Source: a virus (Duplodnaviria; Caudoviricetes). From it: a stretch of 50,856 nt of DNA. The DNA is taken from positions 1 through 50,856 of IMG/VR virus record IMGVR_UViG_3300028806_000015; one strand, given 5' to 3'. Made by a program: the position numbers and the translations under genes. The notes under the pieces are model-generated. The model was not told the DNA's origin, did not search any database, and worked only from the letters and a program-made list of their open reading frames with translations. This document shows positions 25,669 to 35,166 of the stretch, piece after piece (within the stretch, counting starts at the first letter, position 1; the number at the start of each line of letters is the position of its first letter).

Positions 25669-28041
25669 GTGGACACATTAAATTCTACTCCTTTTGTAAA
25701 GATAGAAGATCTTCCGGATGGCTCTAGTGTCTATGAAATGGGCGATGATCAGGATGAGAATGTACTTTATCCAAATTTTGGAAAGGTGAATTTTGGAGAG
25801 AATCTAGCTGAAACACTTAATCCTTCTGAACTAGAGCGAATAGGATCGCAACTACTAGAGGATATAGTCCAGGACAAAGAATCTAGAGTTGAATGGGAAC
25901 AGGCTTATCTTAAGGGTATTAAATATTTAGGATTTAAATTAGAAGAATTCAAAGATGTTCCGTTTATTTCTGCTTGTCGTGCTGTTGATACGACTCTTTC
26001 TACCTCTCTTATTCGTTTTTATGCAACTGCGCGCGCAGAATTATTTCCGCAAAAAGGACCTGTCGAATGTGAATTATTAGGATATCCAAATCCAGAGTTG
26101 GAACAACAATCGGATCGTATTAAGAGTTGGATGAATTATTATCTAACTGAAGAAGACAAAGAATATTATTCAGACTCTGAGAGACTATTGATTTATTTGG
26201 GTATAGTTGGATGTGCATTTAGAAAAGTATACGTTGATCCCATTACTCAAAAACCAGTTGCTAGATTTATTGATCCTCAAGATTTCATTGTAAATAATAG
26301 TTGTGTTAGCATTTTAAGCTCTAGTCGTTTAACTCATGTTCTGTCGTTGACGAAGAAAGATATTAAGATGCGTCAAATGACGGGTTTTTATAGAGAGATG
26401 TCTCTGGAAGGTCTTAATGACGAAGATGAAGACGAAAATCTTCAAACGACTAAAACAATCAAGAAATTAGAAGGTATTCAAACAGGAAGTTATGAAAAAC
26501 AATCTATTTTCAAGATATTTGAAGTTCATACAGATCTTGTTATAGAAGATAGAAGTAAAAAAATGGAGGAAGAGCAATTGCCTCTTCCATATATAGTATC
26601 AATTTGTGAATCTACAAGAAAAATATTATCAATTAGAAGAAACTGGGAAGAAGGAGACTCTTTATTTAAAAGAAAGAATTATTTCATACAATATAATTAC
26701 TTACCAGGATTTGGATTGTATGGATTAGGATTATCGCATCTTCTTGGGAGCAATGCAGTTGCTTTAACGAGTGTTTTGAGACAATTAATTGATGCTGGAA
26801 CCTTGAAGAACTTTCCTGGTGGTTTAAAGGTAAAGGGCCTTCGAACTGAGTTCAATGACAAACCCATAGGACCAGGTGAGTTCTGGGATATTGAGACAGG
26901 TGGGTTGCCGATTCAGCAAGCAATTATGCCAATGCCTTATGGAGAGCCGTCTCAGGTTTTAAATGAACTCAGAAAAGAATTAATACAACAAACACAGAAT
27001 CTAGCATTGACTGCAGATACTCAACTCGCAGAAGACAAACAAAATGCAGCAGTTGGAACAACGTTAGCTTTATTAGAGGTTGCAAATTTAGTTCAATCTT
27101 CCATTTTAAGATCACTTCACATCTCATTAAGTCGAGAATTTGGATTACTTTATGAATTGTTTGCACAAAGCTTTCCAGAGAATCCTGTATCGTTTCCGAT
27201 TAAAGGACAGATTAATTCTGTTACACGACAAGATTTTACTCCTAATATTCGTATTATTCCTGTTTCAGATCCTTCTATTAATACTTCTTCTCATAGATTA
27301 ATCAAGGCATCTTCTTTAATTCAAATAGCTGAAAAGGCTCCTCAACTCTATGACATGAGACAAGTTCATTTGCGTGCATGTGAAGCAATGAAGATGGAGA
27401 ATATAGAACAGATTTTACCGCCTCCTCAAGAATCGCCAACAGTTGATCCGATTCATGAAGTTATGAATGCAATGCAAGGAAAGGCGTCAAAGGCAGCTAT
27501 CTGGCAGGACCATCCGTCTCACATTACGGTTCTCTCTGGTGCTGATCCTCAAGGACAGAATCCTCTTATTCAGTCGTTAATCCATGAACATCAAGCGATG
27601 CAATATTATGTTGAAATGCAAATGCATATGGGCATCCAGTTGCCTCCTTTAGATCAGATGCAAGATCCAAATATCCAGAATGAAGTGGCTTTAAGAGCTG
27701 CAATGGCAACACAACAGCAACAACAACTTCAGCAACAACAGTTAGAGCAGATGGCGGCTCAACAGAATCCACAACCTCAAATCGATCAATCAACTCTCAT
27801 GTTGGCGGACATTCAGCAGCAACAAGAGATTGCAAAGACCAAAGCTGAAACAGACTTGATGAAAGAAAAGATGAAGCTAGAGTTGGATAAGTATAAAACT
27901 GATATTCAAAAGTTAATAGCGGATGAAAAGAATGAAACAGACATAGCAATTCAAAATATGAAAATAGAACTAGATCTGATTAAGCACTCACATGAAGTTG
28001 ACAAACAAAATATGTTTCAAAATTCACCAGCGGAGATTTAA
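25669..28041 (+). CDS. Portal protein (P22-like, long Gln-rich C-terminus)
   Basis: 790 aa; SRVEWEQAY, GCAFRKVY, PGFGLYGLG, LRQLIDAGTL, VGTTLALLE motifs; downstream of terL. Confidence 0.88.
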   Translation: MDTLNSTPFVKIEDLPDGSSVYEMGDDQDENVLYPNFGKVNFGENLAETLNPSELERIGSQLLEDIVQDKESRVEWEQAYLKGIKYLGFKLEEFKDVPFISACRAVDTTLSTSLIRFYATARAELFPQKGPVECELLGYPNPELEQQSDRIKSWMNYYLTEEDKEYYSDSERLLIYLGIVGCAFRKVYVDPITQKPVARFIDPQDFIVNNSCVSILSSSRLTHVLSLTKKDIKMRQMTGFYREMSLEGLNDEDEDENLQTTKTIKKLEGIQTGSYEKQSIFKIFEVHTDLVIEDRSKKMEEEQLPLPYIVSICESTRKILSIRRNWEEGDSLFKRKNYFIQYNYLPGFGLYGLGLSHLLGSNAVALTSVLRQLIDAGTLKNFPGGLKVKGLRTEFNDKPIGPGEFWDIETGGLPIQQAIMPMPYGEPSQVLNELRKELIQQTQNLALTADTQLAEDKQNAAVGTTLALLEVANLVQSSILRSLHISLSREFGLLYELFAQSFPENPVSFPIKGQINSVTRQDFTPNIRIIPVSDPSINTSSHRLIKASSLIQIAEKAPQLYDMRQVHLRACEAMKMENIEQILPPPQESPTVDPIHEVMNAMQGKASKAAIWQDHPSHITVLSGADPQGQNPLIQSLIHEHQAMQYYVEMQMHMGIQLPPLDQMQDPNIQNEVALRAAMATQQQQQLQQQQLEQMAAQQNPQPQIDQSTLMLADIQQQQEIAKTKAETDLMKEKMKLELDKYKTDIQKLIADEKNETDIAIQNMKIELDLIKHSHEVDKQNMFQNSPAEI

Positions 28042-28044
28042 GCA

Positions 28045-28299
28045 ATGAGTGAATATATTACAATGGATGGGGATATTGAAATTAGAAGCGAGTATCCGCT
28101 TCATACGTATACCATAGAGCCAAAGACGGCTTGCAACGATGCGCTGGAAAGATACGTAGCTATTAGCTGCAAGATTAAAAGAGAATTAATAAAAGGAAGA
28201 TCTTTGGATGATATTTATCGTGAATTCAGATCTGAAATTTCTGAATTTAGAAAAATTATACCAAGAGAAGATTATTTAAAACTTATAAATACTAATTAA
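28045..28299 (+). CDS. Hypothetical protein
   Basis: 84-aa ORF. Confidence 0.55.
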   Translation: MSEYITMDGDIEIRSEYPLHTYTIEPKTACNDALERYVAISCKIKRELIKGRSLDDIYREFRSEISEFRKIIPREDYLKLINTN

Positions 28300-28324
28300 T
28301 TACTTATCAAACAAGGAGACTATA

Positions 28325-29512
28325 ATGTCTGATGCTACTTTATACAAATTTATGAGCGGTTACCATGGTACCGATAATATGAGAGCCAAAGCACAAAAGA
28401 TGCTTGGAGGAGAATTCGCTAATACTAGTATGTCGCCAAGATCGAGCGCCTCAGCACCTTCTAGAACTCCTATGCGTGAATATAAAAGGGGTGGCCACGT
28501 AGAGCATTTTGAAGCTTCTCGTGAACGTCATCATGAGCATCAGGGCATGCCTAAGAAGAGACATCCTCATGGGCATAGAGAACGCTATCCTTCAGAACAT
28601 GAGATTCAAGGAGGTCATCTAACAAATCTTTATATTCCTCATGAAATGCAAATGGAAAGAGATGGACGAGAGTATAGGGTGCCTCATTCGGGATCGCACA
28701 GAAGGCGTCATACACATGGCGGTGAAGCTCTAGCGCATGGGATTTCAGTTCCAAATGCGGCCGTTGGTGGTAGAATGTCAAAAGGGGGATATGCGTATCC
28801 GGAATCAGATAGAGGAAGCTCTTCTTATGGCAGAAATAGAGAAGATTATCCCTCGGATGAAAGGGAAAGTGCTGCTAAAAGAGGTGGGAGTTTGCATTCT
28901 CATCACCCTCATCACAGGCATTATTCAGAAGGTGGATTCGATAAAGAACATGGCAGAGCTTATGATCTGGGTGGTCATCTAAAAAAGGGTGGTCATTCGG
29001 GACATCGTAGGGGACGGTGTTACGCGGATGGTGGCATGGTGGAAGAAGATCCATTCTCCAATATGACTCTGGGAATGCCTGAAGAAAATCTTCCTCAAGA
29101 ACCCATGCATCAAGAGCAAACTCAACAAGGATTCCCCGTTGAAGAGCACCAGGGAATGGGACTGCCCAATCCTTTTGCTAATATGGGCGCTGGTCAAATC
29201 AGAGCCAAGATGGGCTTAGAGCACCCAGAAATGGGCACCCCAATGAGAAGGGGCGGCAGAGCTCATCATCACCATGATGGTCATCATTCAACCAGAACTC
29301 GTAACGAAAGCGGAATGAGTGCTGCTTTGAACTTTGAAACCTTTCCTCATGGGGAAAGAGGGTATGGAGACAAACGTTCTCATGGTGAACATGAAGCTCG
29401 TCGTGGCAGATATGCCATGGGAGGCGTTGGAAAGATGCGTCATGGGCAAATGACTCCCACTGGAAAGCAATTAGGTAAAAGAGGAACAAGAACTTTGAGT
29501 GAAACTTATTAA
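28325..29512 (+). CDS. His/Arg/Gly-rich disordered protein with multiple x-x-x-GG motifs
   Basis: AGGAG RBS; YKRGG, MSKGG, AKRGG, YSEGG, LKKGG, YADGG, MRRGG, YAMGG. Confidence 0.75.
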   Translation: MSDATLYKFMSGYHGTDNMRAKAQKMLGGEFANTSMSPRSSASAPSRTPMREYKRGGHVEHFEASRERHHEHQGMPKKRHPHGHRERYPSEHEIQGGHLTNLYIPHEMQMERDGREYRVPHSGSHRRRHTHGGEALAHGISVPNAAVGGRMSKGGYAYPESDRGSSSYGRNREDYPSDERESAAKRGGSLHSHHPHHRHYSEGGFDKEHGRAYDLGGHLKKGGHSGHRRGRCYADGGMVEEDPFSNMTLGMPEENLPQEPMHQEQTQQGFPVEEHQGMGLPNPFANMGAGQIRAKMGLEHPEMGTPMRRGGRAHHHHDGHHSTRTRNESGMSAALNFETFPHGERGYGDKRSHGEHEARRGRYAMGGVGKMRHGQMTPTGKQLGKRGTRTLSETY

Positions 29513-29596
29513 GTTTTAATATATTAAACTTTGATAAAATGGTTTTAATAAAGTATAAATGTATTAATATCTATATATAAGAAGATAGAGGTTTTT

Positions 29597-29845
29597 TTGT
29601 TACATAAATTTTATGAAGCTATTCGAATTTCTCTTCAAGAAAGAAAAATAGACGTTATAAAGCATTTGAGAATGGGAAACTGTGGGTCATATGAGGATTA
29701 TCGTTTTAATTGTGGGAAGCTAAATGCTTACGATCATTTTACGATTATCCTTGATGATCTTTATGATAGGTTCCAAATGGGAAAATCTCCTGAATTAAAT
29801 AAAAAACATATTCCACAAGAAGAAAGAGAGGAACTGGGTGAGTAA
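29597..29845 (+). CDS. Phage hypothetical protein preceding GroES-like gene
   Basis: GNCGSYEDYRFNCGKLNAY motif; GAGG RBS. Confidence 0.65.
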   Translation: MLHKFYEAIRISLQERKIDVIKHLRMGNCGSYEDYRFNCGKLNAYDHFTIILDDLYDRFQMGKSPELNKKHIPQEEREELGE

Positions 29846-30485
29846 TAAAGCGATAGCTCCAGAAGGATTGAAAATTATTGATCATTCCAAGCAAGAAGAC
29901 ACATCATTCCTTATGGTGCATAATATTCATAATTTCATAGAAGACGAAGATCTTTTGTTTGATTTATTATATCTTGGAATTACTCAGATCAAAGATCTTG
30001 TTTATTTTAGTAGAAGTAATTTAATTGAGCACTATAAGTTTTCTAAGGATCAAGTTGATAAAATTCAAAGTATTTTAAAGTCATACAATCCAAATTTGAT
30101 GTTAGGAATGGATGTTAATAGAATAATGAGAAGAAATATCGTGAGAGAATTAGGTTTTTTTCCGCCTCCGGTTGCGGGATATAAATTTATAGTTCAGCTA
30201 TATATCGAACCCAATACAACGGCAGGAGGGATTTTTATCCCAGATACAATAATGGAATTTAAGAAATTTAATTCTATTTCAGGAAAAGTAATTGCTATGG
30301 GGCCCGATTGTTATGAACATCCACGATTCCGCTCAGGTCCTTGGATAAAACTTGGAGACATCGTATCTATTAATAGAAATGAGGGTACACAGCAATCTTA
30401 TAGAGATATTCAAATAATGATAATAGATGACGATAAATTACTTCTTCCTAGATTAGAAGATCCAACCTATGTAAAGAGGAATTAA
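29838..30485 (+). CDS. GroES-like co-chaperonin with N-terminal alpha-CTD-like domain
   Basis: PVAGYKFIV...TTAGGIFIPD...GKVIAMGPD...GDIV; N-part LGITQIKDLV...LMLGMD. Confidence 0.85.
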   Translation: MSNKAIAPEGLKIIDHSKQEDTSFLMVHNIHNFIEDEDLLFDLLYLGITQIKDLVYFSRSNLIEHYKFSKDQVDKIQSILKSYNPNLMLGMDVNRIMRRNIVRELGFFPPPVAGYKFIVQLYIEPNTTAGGIFIPDTIMEFKKFNSISGKVIAMGPDCYEHPRFRSGPWIKLGDIVSINRNEGTQQSYRDIQIMIIDDDKLLLPRLEDPTYVKRN

Positions 30486-30488
30486 TTT

Positions 30489-31442
30489 ATGGAAACTGAT
30501 AATAATTTAGATCAATCAGAAAATAATTTAGAAAACACTTCTTTTCAGATTGTAGATAACCCAGAAGATAACTTCACAAATGAAATAAACGCAGAATATA
30601 AGCATAAAACTCATAGACTTCAGAAAGAAAAATATCGAATTCTTAAGGAAGCTCAAGATTGGCAAGATGCTGCTTATTATTGGAAGTCTGAGGCGGATAA
30701 ATTGCATAGATATGCAACGGATTCGTCTGATGCGGCTTTAGCTCAAGCAGACCAAAATGTCTATCATATTATTGAACAAGCTAGAGAAAATAAACGACGC
30801 GCATTAGAGGAAGGTGACACAGATTTAGCTGTGCAGGCTGATTTTGATCTTAGTACAGCTGTTGCTCGATTGGAGACAATCAAAAATAAGCAGACAGAAA
30901 GAGATTATGAAAAACAGAAGTATCTAAATGCCATTGAAGAAGCTGAAATTGCCAAGCAATATCAATATTCGGCACCTCCTATTGCTCAGTATACTCCTGA
31001 AGTAGATGTTCCTGTTGAAGCAGAATATTTAGTTAAAGCAAATCCTTGGATGAATCCTGCTAGGCCAGAATATGATCCAAATAAGGTTAATACTTTGTAT
31101 CAATTTACAAAGGAATTGGATGAAAATTTATATAGGCAAGGTAGAGGGCATGAATATTTTTCACCAGCTTATATAAGTGAGGTAAATAATTTTATAAGAA
31201 GTAATTTTTCAGACTCTGATAGTAATAGATCAAATTCTAATAACAAATCAAATTACAATAATGTTTCTCCTGTAAGTAGGGGGAATTCGTCATATTCTAA
31301 CTCAAAACCTAAAGAACGTTATGTTTTGACGGAGGATGAAAAGTTCATGGCCCGCAATGCGGGGTTGTCTGAAGAAAGCTGGTTGAAGCACAAAATAGAA
31401 GACATGAAGAAGAGAGGGGATAGAAATACTTATGGCCAATAA
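30489..31442 (+). CDS. Probable capsid scaffolding protein
   Basis: Acidic N-terminus, coiled coil, NPW motif, C-terminal LTEDEKFMARNAGLSEESW helix pair. Confidence 0.65.
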   Translation: METDNNLDQSENNLENTSFQIVDNPEDNFTNEINAEYKHKTHRLQKEKYRILKEAQDWQDAAYYWKSEADKLHRYATDSSDAALAQADQNVYHIIEQARENKRRALEEGDTDLAVQADFDLSTAVARLETIKNKQTERDYEKQKYLNAIEEAEIAKQYQYSAPPIAQYTPEVDVPVEAEYLVKANPWMNPARPEYDPNKVNTLYQFTKELDENLYRQGRGHEYFSPAYISEVNNFIRSNFSDSDSNRSNSNNKSNYNNVSPVSRGNSSYSNSKPKERYVLTEDEKFMARNAGLSEESWLKHKIEDMKKRGDRNTYGQ

Positions 31443-31917
31443 AAGAGAATACATTAAAGATAGATTCCAGGAAACACGAAAGTTTCAAGAAAGATCTGCT
31501 GAGGAAAGAGATGCAATTATTAAATCGCACTTAACTATGACTTCAAAGAATCTTCTAGATATTGATCCAAGTACAATTCCAGTTGATAAAGATTACTGTT
31601 ATATTCGTGAAAGCCTTATGGGGAATCCAGATCATTATTCTTTAGACGAAGCTGCTATGAAAGGCTGGGAACCTGTTACATCGCAACACAGACCTGATTT
31701 AGCCTCCGCTTATAGTGGAGGAGGGCATATGCCGGCTTATATTAGACGCAGAGAGTTGATTTTACATCAAAGAGATAAGAAGTATGGGCAAATCGAAAGA
31801 CAATCTCGTCAAGAGCAAACCAATCAGATGATGAATACTCTACCTGGTCAAGACCACTTTATGGATGATCCTTCTATGCCTATGAAGGTTATTCATAATA
31901 GCAGCAAGTATTCTTAA
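31432..31917 (+). CDS. Head-module hypothetical protein
   Basis: YCYIRES...GWEPV motif; follows scaffold. Confidence 0.65.
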   Translation: MANKREYIKDRFQETRKFQERSAEERDAIIKSHLTMTSKNLLDIDPSTIPVDKDYCYIRESLMGNPDHYSLDEAAMKGWEPVTSQHRPDLASAYSGGGHMPAYIRRRELILHQRDKKYGQIERQSRQEQTNQMMNTLPGQDHFMDDPSMPMKVIHNSSKYS

Positions 31918-32069
31918 ATATGGATGGTAAATAATGGAAAGCATAGAAAAAGAAAACAAAGAAGATTTTGAATCAAAAGATAAGAGCATTACAAATAAAA
32001 TAGTAATTATTGATGTGCCTATAAAAGGTAAAAATTTTCAAATGCAGTTTGAGGAAGTAACAGAATAAA

Positions 32070-33182
32070 ATGTCTACTTATACAAATATTTTTGGTGGGA
32101 ATCAAGTTAGTCCAGCATTTAGTTCTTATGCTAACATAACATTGTCTGCAAATTTACAGTTGCAATGGCCAACTTCATTTCAGGATACGGCGAATGTTGT
32201 GGCTAGTATTATGGATGTAACGCCAACTGGAGCTGGATTGACTCTTACATTGCCGGCAGTTGCAACTAACCCAAGTCCTCCTGCTGCTCCTGCTGGAATT
32301 GTTTCTGTTGGCACCAATTTTATTATTAATAATCTAGCAACTGCTTATAGTCTCCAACTTAATACAGCTGATAATGCTCCTCTGCTCACAATTGTTCCTG
32401 GAACTGCGTATTATATTTATCTTAGTGATAATACAACGGTTGCTGGAACTTGGAGGAAATTACCTATAGCTTTGGGAGCTTCTGGTCCTATCACTAGTTT
32501 AACTATGACAGGAGATCCGAGTGGATCACTAACCATTACACCTGCTTCTATTACTTCTAGTGGGGGATTTTCGTTTATGTTATCTCCGAATCTGGATGCA
32601 GTTTCTGGGTTAGCAACTTCAGGGCTTGTGGCATACAATAGCGGAACTAAGACATTTTCGGCCGTCACTCTTATTAATGGGGGTAATATTTCCATTACAA
32701 ATCCTCAGGGGATTTCCGGAAATCCAACCATTGGCTTGATAAATCCTTTCGTATCACCTGTTACGATCGGCAATATTGTGTTGTCTGGCCACACCATAAC
32801 AACGACTCCGGCCCACACCAATCTGAATGTAGGCGATGGTTCTCAACAAGTTATCTTTTCTGCTAATTCAATCGATTCTCCTCAAGTTTTAATAGCGGCA
32901 GGGAATGTTAGTTCAAGTGGTGCTCCTAATTATCTAACTTCTAATGTGAGTGGAATAGTTAAACCAGCTATGACGACAGGAACGTATTTAATTAATTATA
33001 CCAGCTTAACAGGAACAGCGGATGTGATAGTGGGATCATGTGCTCCTGTTGGTGGAACCATCTACTCATTTAATCCTGTTACAACATCGGCAATTTATCC
33101 TCAAGCAACTGTCTATACCTACAATATGAGTGTTAGTCCACCTGTTTTGGCTGATGCAGCTTTTACTTTTATGATTTGTTAA
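32070..33182 (+). CDS. Virion structural protein (beta-rich, fibre/proximal tail-like)
   Basis: Thr/Ser/Gly-rich; ISITNPQGISGNPTI fibre-type motif. Confidence 0.65.
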   Translation: MSTYTNIFGGNQVSPAFSSYANITLSANLQLQWPTSFQDTANVVASIMDVTPTGAGLTLTLPAVATNPSPPAAPAGIVSVGTNFIINNLATAYSLQLNTADNAPLLTIVPGTAYYIYLSDNTTVAGTWRKLPIALGASGPITSLTMTGDPSGSLTITPASITSSGGFSFMLSPNLDAVSGLATSGLVAYNSGTKTFSAVTLINGGNISITNPQGISGNPTIGLINPFVSPVTIGNIVLSGHTITTTPAHTNLNVGDGSQQVIFSANSIDSPQVLIAAGNVSSSGAPNYLTSNVSGIVKPAMTTGTYLINYTSLTGTADVIVGSCAPVGGTIYSFNPVTTSAIYPQATVYTYNMSVSPPVLADAAFTFMIC

Positions 33183-33526
33183 TTATTCTTTACGCAATTG
33201 AGCAGTTTTACTGGCTCCTCCTTTTTTTTTCCCATCGCTACATATCCTTCATGTCCTAATTGAGCAGCTTTAGCGGCTCCTCCTTTTCTTCCTATGGCTA
33301 CATATCCTTCATGTCCTAATTGAGCAGCTCTAGCGGCTCCTCCTTTTCTTCCTATGGCTACATATCCTTCGCGTCCTAATTGGGCGACTCTACTTGCTCC
33401 TCCTTTTTTCCCTAATTCCTTAACTCTTTCAGGCGACATCGCCGCAAATCCACGCTTCTGCTTTAGTACAGCCTGGTTGGGAGCCTCTGCATCCATTGAA
33501 ACTTCGTTTTCTGTCTTTATTGTCAT
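33179..33526 (-). CDS. KGG-repeat general stress protein (YciG/GsiB/LEA group 1-like)
   Basis: RGFAAMSPERVKELGKKGG plus 20-aa repeats G[RH]EGYVAIGRKGGAAxAAQL. Confidence 0.85.
   Translation of the reverse strand: MTIKTENEVSMDAEAPNQAVLKQKRGFAAMSPERVKELGKKGGASRVAQLGREGYVAIGRKGGAARAAQLGHEGYVAIGRKGGAAKAAQLGHEGYVAMGKKKEEPVKLLNCVKNN
33231..33413. repeat. 60-bp tandem coding repeats
   Basis: GCTACATATCCTTC...CCTAATTG...GCTCCTCC recurring every 60 bp. Confidence 0.9.
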
Positions 33527-33693
33527 AGCTTTTTTTCCTTTTTGCCTATTGCGTTGGTTTTTTTATATACCAGTGTTTGTGCCTATTAGAAAGTTTAATT
33601 TTTCCCAAGTTTTCCCACGCATAAGCGAATTCATTCATTTTTTTATTGATAAATTTTATTGTCTTTTTTTGATTAATGTTGTTTAATATTAAC

Positions 33694-33896
33694 TAATGTC
33701 GGGCGAGACATTAAATCGCTGGCTCAGATTTTAATCTGAGTGAGAGTCATACTCATAATATGACACGTCGAGCGAGACGGTCTTAAATCGCGAGGGGAGT
33801 TCAGCTCTCCGGTTCGCGGTATATCCATAAAATATCGAATATTAACATTGTGTTGGCTTTGCCAATTAATTTTTTATTATTTTATGGAGATATTCT
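33694..33896 (+). promoter_or_regulatory. Structured 5' leader with two pseudoknot motifs and an anti-RBS
   Basis: Two GTC-GRGCGA-GAC...TAAATCGC copies; TCCATAAAATA (33824-33834) complementary to 33878-33888. Confidence 0.6.
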
Positions 33897-35153
33897 ATGT
33901 CTTATGGCACGAATGCGTCCCAAGGATTACAACCCGTCAGACGAATTGATGGGACCTTATGGAATGGCGCAACTAATGATTATCCTATTCCTAGTGGATA
34001 TGCAACTTCTCTGTTTAATGGAGATCCGTTAACTTTTGTTGGAAATGGGAATGTTGGACTTGCTTATAGTCCGCCCAACACAAGCGTTAATCCTCCAATC
34101 GCGGCTTCGTGGCTTCCAATTATGGGTGTTTTTCAAGGAGTTAAGTATTATGATGTGAATAATAATTATGTCACAGCGGATATGTGGAAAGCTGGAACTG
34201 TAACCGTTAATGGTGGACCAGCTTTTGTAAGTGTTTGTGATGATCCTTGGGTTTTATTTAATATTCAGGTTTCGAATTATAATGCACTTACTTCTGGTGT
34301 TCGTCTTACAGATTTGTTTTTTAACTATAATGTTAGCGTGGGCGGAAGCGGAGTTTCTCCTGGTTTAAATCCATCTCCCCCAACAAATCCTCCTGCGGGT
34401 GATGCTTTTTCACAGAAATCAGGTTTTTATTTAGATTATTCTACCTCAACAACTTCTTCAGCTTCTGTATTTAAGGTTATTTCCTTAACTCCACAACCTG
34501 GAAATATGTTTGCGGTAGCAGAACCTGCTATTAATGGAACATTGGTTGGGCCTGGTGCTTATAATAATGTACTGGTACTTGCAAACAATCATCTTCTAAA
34601 GAATGCAAGTCCAGGACAAGGTAATTTTAGTGGTCCTTTAACTGGTTCATTTACCGTAGCTGGAGTGGGGTCTCCGCCATTAACACCGGCGGTTCCTTTT
34701 CCTGTAAACAATACTGCGTTTCCCGTTGCTGGGCCCACCTCTGGTTTTATTCCTGTTCAGCTTGTTCTTCCTGAAGCTCCTAGTGTTGGATCTGGCATTG
34801 TTTTGGATCCTGTAATTGCGGGACTAATAGATATTCCTTATTCAGGATCTTATTTAGTTAATGCAACTGCACAGATTGAAAATACGACTGGAGGACCTAC
34901 CCAATTCTTTATGTATGCTGTTGTTTATAATCCAACTACAAATGCATACGTTGGTTCTACTTTAATGGATTTCTCCATTACTGGAGGAACAGGAGACAAC
35001 ATGCAGGGAGCTGTAGTAGTTCCTCTTCTATCAGCGGCCAAAATAGGAATTGTGATTTGTACTAATAATGGTGGAACTGGGCAATTTCAAGAATTCAATT
35101 CAGTGACTGGTTCTTATGTGACTTTTGTTCAAGTTTCCAGAATCGCTTATTAA
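33897..35153 (+). CDS. Capsid decoration/auxiliary head protein with C-terminal extension
   Basis: GLQPVR, LFNGDP, GVFQGVKY, VCDDP motifs; immediately precedes the major capsid gene. Confidence 0.65.
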   Translation: MSYGTNASQGLQPVRRIDGTLWNGATNDYPIPSGYATSLFNGDPLTFVGNGNVGLAYSPPNTSVNPPIAASWLPIMGVFQGVKYYDVNNNYVTADMWKAGTVTVNGGPAFVSVCDDPWVLFNIQVSNYNALTSGVRLTDLFFNYNVSVGGSGVSPGLNPSPPTNPPAGDAFSQKSGFYLDYSTSTTSSASVFKVISLTPQPGNMFAVAEPAINGTLVGPGAYNNVLVLANNHLLKNASPGQGNFSGPLTGSFTVAGVGSPPLTPAVPFPVNNTAFPVAGPTSGFIPVQLVLPEAPSVGSGIVLDPVIAGLIDIPYSGSYLVNATAQIENTTGGPTQFFMYAVVYNPTTNAYVGSTLMDFSITGGTGDNMQGAVVVPLLSAAKIGIVICTNNGGTGQFQEFNSVTGSYVTFVQVSRIAY

Positions 35154-35166
35154 GGAGTAATAAATA

